From an uncultured Myxococcales bacterium (GTDB taxonomy: Bacteria > Myxococcota_A > UBA9042 > PWKZ01 > CAYRCM01), in NCBI GenBank assembly GCA_964422715.1, contig CAYRCM010000010.1, positions 7,569 through 71,568 of the forward strand: a DNA stretch of 64,000 bases, given 5' to 3'. Position numbers and translations under genes: made by a program. Shown piece after piece: positions 7,409-15,649 of this stretch. The notes below the pieces were generated by a model. That model saw nothing but the letters and a program-made list of their open reading frames with translations. It ran no database searches and was not told the DNA's origin. The first letter of the stretch is position 1. Each line of letters opens with the position of its first letter.

Positions 7409-9238
7409 TCAGGACGATGGCACGGGACGCCGCAGCAAGGCCCAGACGTCGTCGGGCGCCGACGTGAGGCGCAGCACGAAGCGGTAGGCGCCGTCCGCGA
7501 GTTCGACGGCCGCCGGGTCGACCGACGTGACCTTGCCGTAGACGCCGTCGAGCGTGAGCCCGGGTTCCCACGCGATGCGCACGAGGTAGTTGCCCAGGCG
7601 CTCGGGACGCCAGTCGGCGTGCAGCACGAGCGTGTGCGCCCCGGCCTCGGTGACGAGCGCCGGCCGCGCCGTCGACTCGATCTGCTTCTCGCGCAACAGG
7701 AAGCACTCGGCCGGACGGCGAACGGGACGGAGGGTTTCGTGGCGCAGCGTGTCGGGCATGGCCAGGTCGTAAGGGGCCCCGACGGCGAGCAAGGGGTAGG
7801 TGCGCAGCGGTTCCTGTTTGCCCTTGACCCGCACGTCGAGCGGCTCGCCGACACGCACGTGCGCCGCGACCTCGGCGTACGTGGCGGCGCTGATGAGCAC
7901 CTGGTTGCCGACCGTGAAGTTTTCGAGGCGGGCCGCGACGTTGATGGGGTCGCCAAGGACACCGTACTTCATGCGGCGCTCGCTGCCGAGGTTGCCGGCC
8001 ACGACCTCGCCCGTGTTGAGGGCCACCCCCATTTCGAGAGCGCGGCCTTCCTGGGCATTGAACCACTCGAGGGCCCGCTGCATGGCCACGGCGCAGGCGA
8101 CGGCGCGCAGCGCATCGTCGGGGCGGGTGGTGGGGGCGCCGAAGAGGACGAGGATGCCATCCCCCATGAGTTCGTTGATGATGCCGCCATGCGCCTGGAT
8201 GACGTCGGACATGGCCGAGAAGTAGCGGTTGAGCAGACCGACGAGCGTCTCGGGGTCGAGGGACTCGGCGAGGCTCGTGAAGCCCCGCAGATCGGAGATG
8301 AGGATGGTGATGCGCTTCACTTCGCCCCCGAGCTTGAGGCTCTCGGGGTCGGCGAGCACGGTGGCGGCGACTTCCTCGGTGAGGTAGCGGCCAAACGTGT
8401 CGCGGATGAACTCGCGATCGCGCAACCCCGCGACCATGGAGTTGAAGGCGGCGCCGAGCAGGCCGATTTCGTCGCGGCTGCGGATGTCGACGCTGCGTTC
8501 GAGGTCGCCCGACGCAACGCGCAGCGCCGTGGCCGTGAGCGCGCGCAGGTGGCGGTTGAGATAGCGCGCGAACACCACGGCGCTGCCCATGGCCAGGATG
8601 ACCGACAGCAGGATCTCGTACATGAGGCGCCGGCCGCGGGTGGCCTGTGCCAGGGCCTCGATGTCGGCGTCGAAGTCGAGTTCGAGCACCCCGACGATGC
8701 GCTTCCGGCTGTCCCGAATGGGGGCCAGAGCCGACCAGTAGCGCCCCCACTCGTCTTCCATGTGCGGTTCGAACGCCGCCTCGCCGCCGAACGCGATGTC
8801 GAAGGCCGGCGTGGTGTCGAACATGGGGTAGCCGACCGGCATGGGGTCGGATTCCTCGGCGGCGACCACGTAGGTGACGTGGCCGAGCGCGTCGCGCCGC
8901 AGCGTGCCGGCCCAGCGCAGCCCGTTGGCTTTGATGGCGCCGCGCAGCCAGTCGCGCAGCCGGATGAAGGCCGGGTCGGCGGCGGCCTCCTGCGTGAGGA
9001 ACGTGGCGTGCGCGTCGCCGTCGACGGCGCTGGCCATGGCGCTCGCCAGACCCAGCAGATGCGCCCGGTAGGTGTCCTTCTCGCGTTCGAGATCGCTGCG
9101 GAAGCCGTACCAGCCGTAGAACGCGATGAAGAGCCCGACAAGCCCGCCGAAGAGCAGGCCGAGTTTGGCCCAGAGCGGAAAGACGACCGGACGGCGCGCG
9201 CCGGCGGGCGGGGCCGACTGCGGCTTTGGCGCGCTCAT
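7409..9238 (-). CDS. class III adenylate/guanylate cyclase with two TM helices, a periplasmic sensor region and a HAMP domain
   Basis: Start MSAPKPQSAPP..VVFPLWAKLGLLFGGLVGLFIAF (TM1), then a ~170 aa loop and TM2 (MYEILLSVILAMGSAVVFARYL). HAMP: LRVASGDLERSVDIRSRDEIGLLGAAFNSMVAGL. Cyclase: ITILISDLRGFTSLAE...GDGILVLFGAP...GVLGDPINVAARLE. Convergent with the PP2C-CNB gene. Confidence 0.8.
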   Translation of the reverse strand: MSAPKPQSAPPAGARRPVVFPLWAKLGLLFGGLVGLFIAFYGWYGFRSDLEREKDTYRAHLLGLASAMASAVDGDAHATFLTQEAAADPAFIRLRDWLRGAIKANGLRWAGTLRRDALGHVTYVVAAEESDPMPVGYPMFDTTPAFDIAFGGEAAFEPHMEDEWGRYWSALAPIRDSRKRIVGVLELDFDADIEALAQATRGRRLMYEILLSVILAMGSAVVFARYLNRHLRALTATALRVASGDLERSVDIRSRDEIGLLGAAFNSMVAGLRDREFIRDTFGRYLTEEVAATVLADPESLKLGGEVKRITILISDLRGFTSLAESLDPETLVGLLNRYFSAMSDVIQAHGGIINELMGDGILVLFGAPTTRPDDALRAVACAVAMQRALEWFNAQEGRALEMGVALNTGEVVAGNLGSERRMKYGVLGDPINVAARLENFTVGNQVLISAATYAEVAAHVRVGEPLDVRVKGKQEPLRTYPLLAVGAPYDLAMPDTLRHETLRPVRRPAECFLLREKQIESTARPALVTEAGAHTLVLHADWRPERLGNYLVRIAWEPGLTLDGVYGKVTSVDPAAVELADGAYRFVLRLTSAPDDVWALLRRPVPSS

Positions 9239-9304
9239 GACGAGGCCGGCGCGGCAGGCCGGCGCGCGGACCGTTGCCTGCGAACGCGTTCCGCGCCTGC
9301 GTCG

Positions 9305-9390
9305 CACCCGCCGAATGGCCCCGCAGCCCGCATGACGTCGCTCGCCCCCGCCTGGTCGGACGCACCCGTGACGCTGAACGCCCGAAAAGC
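9305..9390 (+). repeat. degenerate third copy of the intergenic repeat family (5' cgaatgg anchor and 3' gacgtNgc..cgcct half retained; central ~45 nt replaced)
   Basis: ccgaatggccccgcagcccgcatgacgtcgctcgcccccgcctggtcgg aligns to both ends of the 21239 and 17531 copies. Lies ~200 nt upstream of the TTG start of the radical-SAM paralog at 9510. Confidence 0.4.
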
Positions 9391-9509
9391 CATAGCAAAT
9401 CGGCCACGCGCTGTCCAGCCCACGGCGGGCCCGGCGCGTTCCCCGCTCCGGCTTCTCAGCCGGGCGGGAATCCGCTAGTGCAGGGGAGAGAAATGGAGGG
9501 AGCCCCGGC

Positions 9510-11117
9510 TTGATCCTGCTCGTCCATCCGCCCTTTGCGCTGCCGAGCGAGCCGCCCCCCGGCATCGCGCAGCTCGCGGGGGGCCTGCGCCACGCGGGAA
9601 CGGCGGTGCAGGCCGTCGACGCGTCCATCCTGGCCTATCGCTGGGCGCTTGCGGAGGCAGGTCGCGCAGCCCCGTTTGGCCACCGCCTGGCCGGGGCCGT
9701 GCGCGCTCTGCGCGAGCCAGCCACGTACCGCAACGAAGCGCTCCACGGCTCGGCGCTGCACGCGGTCAACGGGGCACTCGTAGGGTGGGCGAAGCGCCAA
9801 GGGGGCAGCCGGCTGAGCCTCACCGACTATGAGGTGCCGGGCTTCGACCCGTTCTCGCTCCGCGACCTGCTGCGCGCCTTCGAACACCCCGAGGCGCAGT
9901 TCCTCGCGCCGTTCTACGACCGCGTGCTCGGGCCGGCGCTGCGGGGCCTGGCACCGCGCATCGTCGGGCTGTCCATCAACTACCGGCAGCAGGTCCTGCC
10001 CGCTCTGGCGCTCGCGGGAAGGCTGCGGGCTTGGTGGCCGCGCGCCCACCTGACGGCCGGAGGCGGACTCATCACGGCCTGGGCCCGCGGGGGCCAGCCC
10101 GCCGAAAAGCTCCACGCCGTGTTCGACAGCCTGATCGTCGGCGACGGCGTCTCCGCGCTGCAATCGCTCGCCGCGGGCCGTGAGCCGTCCCCGGCTCTTG
10201 TGCCGGCGGGCCGGCCGCTCACGACGGCCCGCCCCGCACCGCACGCGCCCGAAGCGCTTGCGGCCGCTCCCGACTTCGCCGGCCTGCCGCTCGGCGCGTA
10301 CCTCTCGCCCGGTCCCATCCTGCCCGTGGCGTCGTCGCGGGGCTGCTACTGGCGGCGCTGCGCGTTCTGCCCGGAGGCGCTGCACCACGGCGATGGCGCG
10401 GCTTGGCTGCCCGGCGCCGCGCTCGCCGCGCGGCTCGCGGCGCTCTGCCAGCGCTACCGGACGCGGTTCTTCCACCTGGCCGACAGCGCGCTCACCCCGG
10501 CAACGGTGCAGGGCCTCGTGCGGGCGACGCCGGCCGGTGCGGCGGCGCCCGTCCGCTTCTACGGCTTCGCGCGCGTCGAGCCGCTGCTCGGCGAACCCAC
10601 GGTGGCGCGCGGCTTGTACCGGGCCGGCTGCCGCCTGTTGCAGCTCGGCATCGAGACGGGCAGCGCCCGCCTCCAGGCCCGCATCGGCAAGGGCGTCGAC
10701 CTCGACCTGGCGGGGCGCGTGCTGCGGACGCTCGCCGCCGCCGGCATCCGCACCGTGGCCTACGTGCTCATCGGCCTGCCCGACGAGACGCCGGCCGACG
10801 CCGACCTCACCCGCGCGTTTCTGCGGTCCGAGCGGGCCGCGCTGCACGCGGTGCACGTCAGCGTGCTCAACCTGCCGGTCGGCTCGCCGCTCGATCGGGA
10901 TCCCGACGCCTACGGCCTGCCGCCCGGCGCCGCCCGGCCCGACTTTCCCGGCGAGCTGAGCGTCTGCCGGCACCTGCAGACCACGGGCCGCTGGCCGCGC
11001 ACCGAGGTGCGGCGCTATCTGGCCGAGTCGCTGCTCGGCGACCCGGAGCTGCGCCCCCTGTTCAAGCGTATGCCGCCGTTTCTCGGCGTGAACCATTTGC
11101 TGCCGCGGTTCGGCTGA
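9510..11117 (+). CDS. B12-binding-domain radical-SAM-like protein, CX4CX2C motif (paralog 2)
   Basis: TTG start with GGAGGGA RBS. MILLVHPPFALP..GIAQLAGGLRHAGTAVQAVD (B12-binding-like N-terminus). PVASSRGCYWRRCAFCPEAL has the same GCYWxRCAxC box as the 488..2464 protein. LLQLGIETGSARLQARIGKG...AYVLIGLPDE. Confidence 0.7.
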   Translation: MILLVHPPFALPSEPPPGIAQLAGGLRHAGTAVQAVDASILAYRWALAEAGRAAPFGHRLAGAVRALREPATYRNEALHGSALHAVNGALVGWAKRQGGSRLSLTDYEVPGFDPFSLRDLLRAFEHPEAQFLAPFYDRVLGPALRGLAPRIVGLSINYRQQVLPALALAGRLRAWWPRAHLTAGGGLITAWARGGQPAEKLHAVFDSLIVGDGVSALQSLAAGREPSPALVPAGRPLTTARPAPHAPEALAAAPDFAGLPLGAYLSPGPILPVASSRGCYWRRCAFCPEALHHGDGAAWLPGAALAARLAALCQRYRTRFFHLADSALTPATVQGLVRATPAGAAAPVRFYGFARVEPLLGEPTVARGLYRAGCRLLQLGIETGSARLQARIGKGVDLDLAGRVLRTLAAAGIRTVAYVLIGLPDETPADADLTRAFLRSERAALHAVHVSVLNLPVGSPLDRDPDAYGLPPGAARPDFPGELSVCRHLQTTGRWPRTEVRRYLAESLLGDPELRPLFKRMPPFLGVNHLLPRFG

Positions 11118-11341
11118 CGGCCACGCGGCCGGCCGGCGCCGGGCCGACCCGACGAAACGCACCGGCTTTTGCCTGCCCCCGGCCCTTCGCCTATACTCCC
11201 GCGGTTGGCGACCGTGTCGGCGTTGACACGATTGCCGCCCTCCCCCGGGCCGCGCGCCAGGAACGACGCCAGGTCCGCCGCTTGGCACGCGTGCTGCAAG
11301 GCGTTCGAGAGCCCGAGCGGGGCTTTGCAGGAGTGCTTCGG

Positions 11342-13594
11342 ATGAGCGCATTTTCCTTCCGCCGGCGCGTGGCGAGCCTCTTTGGGGTGCTTGCCATCGC
11401 GGCCGCAGCGTGTTCCGAGAAATCGAACCCCGAGCCGCCCGGTGAGCGCGTCACGATGGTCCCGGCCGACGCCCCCGACCCCGGCGCCGGCCCCGCGGCG
11501 CCCGCCGCCGTGAACGCCCCCGCACCGAACGACGAGGCGGCCCTCGACGCAGTGGCGGCGGCCCTCATCGCCTTCGTCCAGGAACGACTGGAGCGCGAGC
11601 TGACGTCGAGCCGCCGCGAGCAGGACGGGCTCGCGAGCCGCATCGAGTCCGAGGGGGTCTTCCGCGACGTGCTCCAGGAAGCCTACCGCACCCGCGACTA
11701 CGCTCCCTTCTTCTTTGGCAGCGAGGCCTCCGAGCGGCAGCGCGCGGCGATGCAGGCGGCGCTCGTGGCACTTCCCGAACACGGGCTGTCGCAGAAGCCC
11801 TACGATCTGCCTCGTCTCGAGCAGTTGTCCGCGTCCCTGGCCGAAGCCCAGCAGCAACGCACGGCATTGCGCGCCGGCGCCGAGCTCGACGGCACCCAGC
11901 GGGCCCTCTTCGCGCTCGCCATGGGCTACGAACGCGTGCCCGATCGCGCGCAGGCGCGCCGCGACCTGGCCGCCCTCAACCTGAAAGGCCCCAAGCCCGA
12001 ACACGTGGGGCTGCTGCGCGACCCGCTGCGCATCTATCTCGATGCCGGGGCACGCGTGCAGCAGGTCGAACAACAGATCGACGTGCATCTGCTCAAGGCT
12101 TTCTTCCGCTATGCGCTCGACTTCAAGTATCTGCGCCGCGCCCACCCCGACGAGCCAACGCCCGAGCCCGAGAAGGCGCCGCTCAAGTTCAAAGAGGATC
12201 TGCTGGTCGACCTCGACGGGGCGTTTCCCGACGTCGGCGGACGGCTCGCGGCCTTCGCGCCCGACCACCCCCACTACCGCAAGTTGATCGAGGGGCTGGC
12301 CTTCTACAAGGGGCTCGCCGATGCCGGCACCGTGGCGCCGCTCAAAGGCCCGCGGCTGCGCAAGAAGGCCAAGGGCGACAAGGTGTTGGCGCTCAAGCAG
12401 CGGCTCGTGCTCGAAGGCTACGACGTCGGCCCCATCGACGACCAGTTCGACGACGCGCTCGACGCCGCCGTGCGGGCCTACCAGGTGGCCCACCAGCTCG
12501 AGGCCAACGGGATCGTGACGGGCGCCTTCTACGCCGCACTCAACGTGCCCATGAAGCACCGGGTGAGTCAGATTCGACTCGCGTTGCAGCGCTGGCGCGA
12601 AAGCCCACTCGCGCGCGGCGTCGACCGGCCGTCGTTCTACGCCCGGGTCAACATCCCGCAGTTCGTCGTGCAATTCTTCGAGGACGACACCGTGGTGCGC
12701 GAGCACCGCGTCGTCGTGGGCACCAATGCCCACGACATCGATCTGCTGGCCGGGGTCGAAGGGCGCATCAACCACACCCGGATACTGGCGGCCGAGTTCA
12801 ACCAGATCGTGCTCAACCCGTACTGGTTCGTGCCGCCGCGCATCCACAAGTTCGAACTCGACTTCGAGCGCGAGAGAGACCCGAAATACTACGAGAACAA
12901 CCGCTTCGAGTTCGTCCAGACGTCGTCGGGACAGGTGTTCGTCAAGCAGGCGCCGGGGCCCGACAACGCGCTCGGCGTGGTCAAATTCCTGTTCGCGAAC
13001 CCGTACTCCATCTACATGCACGACACGCCGAAGAAGCCGCTCTTCAACCGGGTCGTGCGCGCGTTCTCCCACGGTTGCATCCGCCTCGAAAACCCTGTCG
13101 ACGTGGCCAAGTGGCTGCTCCAGCGCTCGAACGGCATGGCCCCCGAGAAGGTCGACAGCATCCTCGCGACGCGGCGCGAAACCCCCATCGACCTCACCCA
13201 CAAGGTGCCCATCTACATCGAGTACGTGACCGTGTCCGTCGATGGGGCCGGCCATTTGATGTTCCTCGGCGACGTCTACGGCTACGACCGGGCCTACGCC
13301 AACCATGAGTTGCCCGTGTCGCGGGGCCGCAACATCCCGGAGGCGCGCCTCGCCAAATTGCGCGGTGAGGACGACGTGCGCCGCGCCGCCATCGAAGCCA
13401 AGATCGCCGCCGACGCCGCCGCGGCAGCTCCCCCCGACGGCGCGGCGCCGGCGGGCGACGGTGCGGCGCCGCCGCCCGACGGCAAACCCGCCGGCGCGGG
13501 CAAGCCCGGCGCTCCGCCGGCCGCCAAGCCGGCCGCAGGCGCCAAGCCCGCCGCGGACGACGGCAACGGCGCTCCACTGCCCGACGGTCCCTGA
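11342..13594 (+). CDS. L,D-transpeptidase (YkuD domain) with peptidoglycan-binding domain, LdtD/YcbB-like lipoprotein
   Basis: Lipoprotein signal MSAFSFRRRVASLFGVLAIAAAACSEK. PG_binding_1-like: LKQRLVLEGYDVGPIDDQFDDALDAAVRAYQVAHQLEANGIVTGAFYAALN. YkuD catalytic region: NALGVVKFLFANPYSIYMHDTPKKPLFNRVVRAFSHGCIRLENP (catalytic Cys in HGC). Ala/Pro-rich tail. The track ORF 10403..13594 overlaps the upstream gene for its first 313 codons, so the internal ATG was chosen. Confidence 0.8.
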   Translation: MSAFSFRRRVASLFGVLAIAAAACSEKSNPEPPGERVTMVPADAPDPGAGPAAPAAVNAPAPNDEAALDAVAAALIAFVQERLERELTSSRREQDGLASRIESEGVFRDVLQEAYRTRDYAPFFFGSEASERQRAAMQAALVALPEHGLSQKPYDLPRLEQLSASLAEAQQQRTALRAGAELDGTQRALFALAMGYERVPDRAQARRDLAALNLKGPKPEHVGLLRDPLRIYLDAGARVQQVEQQIDVHLLKAFFRYALDFKYLRRAHPDEPTPEPEKAPLKFKEDLLVDLDGAFPDVGGRLAAFAPDHPHYRKLIEGLAFYKGLADAGTVAPLKGPRLRKKAKGDKVLALKQRLVLEGYDVGPIDDQFDDALDAAVRAYQVAHQLEANGIVTGAFYAALNVPMKHRVSQIRLALQRWRESPLARGVDRPSFYARVNIPQFVVQFFEDDTVVREHRVVVGTNAHDIDLLAGVEGRINHTRILAAEFNQIVLNPYWFVPPRIHKFELDFERERDPKYYENNRFEFVQTSSGQVFVKQAPGPDNALGVVKFLFANPYSIYMHDTPKKPLFNRVVRAFSHGCIRLENPVDVAKWLLQRSNGMAPEKVDSILATRRETPIDLTHKVPIYIEYVTVSVDGAGHLMFLGDVYGYDRAYANHELPVSRGRNIPEARLAKLRGEDDVRRAAIEAKIAADAAAAAPPDGAAPAGDGAAPPPDGKPAGAGKPGAPPAAKPAAGAKPAADDGNGAPLPDGP

Positions 13595-13626
13595 CCCCCG
13601 CCGCGACCGAAACGCGAAGCGCATCC

Positions 13627-14787
13627 TCAGGCCGAAACGATGGCCCCGGCGAAGCGGGCGAGGCTCCGCAGGTCGTGCACGTCCTCGACGAAGTGCGGCG
13701 CGAGCAGAAGACGCCCGGGCTCGACTTGCCCCGCGAGAGCGCCAAGCTGCGCCCGGTCGCGGTCGGCCAGCCGGCGCAGCTGCCGGTGGTGCTCGACCAC
13801 CTTGTGGCCCACGTCGTCGAGCACCCCGCGGCCGTGCAGTTGTAGGGCCGGCGCAGCCGCGAGGCGGGCACGCAGGCGCGCGTAGGCAGCCTCGATGGCC
13901 TCGGGCGGCAAGCACGGACGATGCACGCGGTTGACGAGAAACGCCGCGAACGGCATGCGTTCGGCCTGCAGCCGGGCGTAGAGGTACTGGCCCTCGTCGA
14001 TGGACGCCGCATCGGTTCCGGACACGATGACAAAGGCCACCGCCGGGGTGCGCAGCAGGTTCTCGACGTGGTGCGCCCGCGTACGGAACCCATCGTACAT
14101 GCTGCTGAAACTGTCGAGGAAGCGCAGGATGTCCATGAAGACGTCGGCGCCGATGAACCGGCCGACGCCGCGCAGGATGAGGCTGTCGCGACCGAGCGCC
14201 GCGAGCCCGATCCGGCTCATGCCGCGCGTGGAGTGCATGAAGAGCCGAAACGCCGTGCTGTCGAGCAGATCGGTGAGGCGCTCGGGGGCCGAGAGGAAAT
14301 CGAGCGCGTGGCGCGACGGGGGGGTGTCGAGCACGATGAGGTCGTACTGTCCGGCCCGTTCTTCTTGAATCTCATAGAGTTTCTCCATGGCCATGTATTC
14401 GTGGCTGCCGGCGAGCGCCGTGGAGGCCTGGAGATAGAACGGGTTTGCCAGGATGCGGTCACGCACGGTGGGGTTCGGAGCGTAGCGCTCGACCACCCGG
14501 TCGAAGGTGGTCTTCGTGTCGAGCATCATGGCGTCGAGCCGCCCCGCCAGCGCCAGGCCGGCACGGGCGAACAGCGCGTCGGGGATGCGCTGTTCCTGCT
14601 GGTCGAAGGCGTGGAGGCCAAGCGAATTGGCGAGGCGGCGGGCGGGGTCGACGGTGAGGACGAGCACCCGGGCCCCGGCCATGGCGGCATGCACGGCCAG
14701 CGCCGCGGCGGTGGTGGTCTTGCCGACCCCGCCGGACCCCACGGCGACGAGGATGCTGCGGCCGCGCACGAGGTCGTCGAGCGTCAC
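13627..14787 (-). CDS. ArsA/GET3-family P-loop ATPase (anion-transporting ATPase-like)
   Basis: SILVAVGSGGVGKTTTAAALAVHAAMAGARVLVLTVDPARRLANSLG (deviant Walker A), YDLIVLDTPPSRHALDFL (switch/Walker B region), 386 aa. GTG start at 14787 avoids overlap with the upstream gene; an alternative ATG at 14856 would overlap it by 44 nt. Confidence 0.7.
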   Translation of the reverse strand: MTLDDLVRGRSILVAVGSGGVGKTTTAAALAVHAAMAGARVLVLTVDPARRLANSLGLHAFDQQEQRIPDALFARAGLALAGRLDAMMLDTKTTFDRVVERYAPNPTVRDRILANPFYLQASTALAGSHEYMAMEKLYEIQEERAGQYDLIVLDTPPSRHALDFLSAPERLTDLLDSTAFRLFMHSTRGMSRIGLAALGRDSLILRGVGRFIGADVFMDILRFLDSFSSMYDGFRTRAHHVENLLRTPAVAFVIVSGTDAASIDEGQYLYARLQAERMPFAAFLVNRVHRPCLPPEAIEAAYARLRARLAAAPALQLHGRGVLDDVGHKVVEHHRQLRRLADRDRAQLGALAGQVEPGRLLLAPHFVEDVHDLRSLARFAGAIVSA

Positions 14788-14812
14788 GGGAGCCCCCGCA
14801 GACCGGAGACGG

Positions 14813-15538
14813 TCAGAACACGTCGGCCACCTCGACCATGCCGCCGAGCAGGGCATCGCGCAACCCTGCGATCGTCTTCAGGAACATGACGACGGTGATG
14901 ATGGCGAAGACCAGCAGCCCAAGCGCGATGATGAGGAAGCCTGGGCCGAGCCCGGCGAGTTGCTTGGCGGCGAGCATGATGAGGACCGCCACCGCGAACA
15001 GGATGACCTGCAGGACGAGCACCGTGCGCGCGTTTTGCGCGACGGAATGCGCGGCGACGTGCCGGGCCACGCGCTGTACGGAGAGCAACAGCAGAATCTG
15101 GCCGGCGAGGCCGACGATGCGCGAAATGGGGTCGGCGATCTGGACGTACTCGAGCCACGCGCGCGACGGCTTGCCGAGCAGGACCGACGCGAGGGCGAAG
15201 AGCGCCAGCGTGAGGAGCACGAACTGGACGCCGTAGCAGAGAAAAGCCCCCCACGCGAGACCGCGGCCCCCCGATGCCGCGGGCACGTCGGCGTAGCGCC
15301 GCAGACCGACGAGCATGAGCAGCGTGGCGACCACGAGCAGGGCGGTGCCGGCCACGACCAGCAGGAGTTGCAAGGAGGCCGACCGGGCCAGCGCGGCCAC
15401 GACGCCGAGCACCACCATGGCGACGAGCGTCACGACGTAGGTCACGAGCCCCTTGTAGAACACCGAGAGACCGCTGTGTGCCCGATCCCAACCGGACAGG
15501 CGGCCACTCGGCTGCAGCGCGAGGTCCGAAGGCGACAT
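14813..15538 (-). CDS. integral membrane protein (~6 predicted TM helices), unknown function
   Basis: MSPSDLALQPSG..., then repeated 20-25 aa hydrophobic stretches (VTYVVTLVAMVVLGVVAAL, LLLVVAGTALLVVATLLMLVGL, GAFLCYGVQFVLLTLALFALASVLL, ILLLLSVQRV, VLVLQVILFAVAVLIMLAA, GFLIIALGLLVFAIITVVMFL). AAAGGA RBS before ATG 15538. Sits between ygiQ and the ArsA-like gene on the same strand. Confidence 0.55.
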   Translation of the reverse strand: MSPSDLALQPSGRLSGWDRAHSGLSVFYKGLVTYVVTLVAMVVLGVVAALARSASLQLLLVVAGTALLVVATLLMLVGLRRYADVPAASGGRGLAWGAFLCYGVQFVLLTLALFALASVLLGKPSRAWLEYVQIADPISRIVGLAGQILLLLSVQRVARHVAAHSVAQNARTVLVLQVILFAVAVLIMLAAKQLAGLGPGFLIIALGLLVFAIITVVMFLKTIAGLRDALLGGMVEVADVF

Positions 15539-15649
15539 GGTGCGGTTCCTTTCCCCAGCACGGATGACACCCGTCAGGCGCGGCCAACCGCTCCCCAATA
15601 GCGACAAGGCCGAAGGGCGTCAACCCCTGGGGGTCGCCCCGCCGAGCGC

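Noticed and set aside
6110-9238. Interpretation of the cyclase + CNB effector as a Pycsar-like antiphage system
   Set aside because: The cyclase is a membrane sensor with HAMP and periplasmic domain. The effector is a PP2C phosphatase rather than TM/TIR. The genes are convergent rather than operonic. No defence-island neighbours.
9456-13915. Long minus-strand ORFs (9456..11351, 11015..13915) opposite the radical-SAM paralog and LdtD
   Set aside because: Antisense shadows. Translations are poly-R/G/A, whereas the plus-strand genes carry YkuD, PG-binding and Cys-box motifs.
13627-14787. Arsenic-resistance operon
   Set aside because: Only an ArsA-like ATPase is present. No arsB/arsC/arsD/arsR nearby. 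The protein is a single (not duplicated) ATPase domain.
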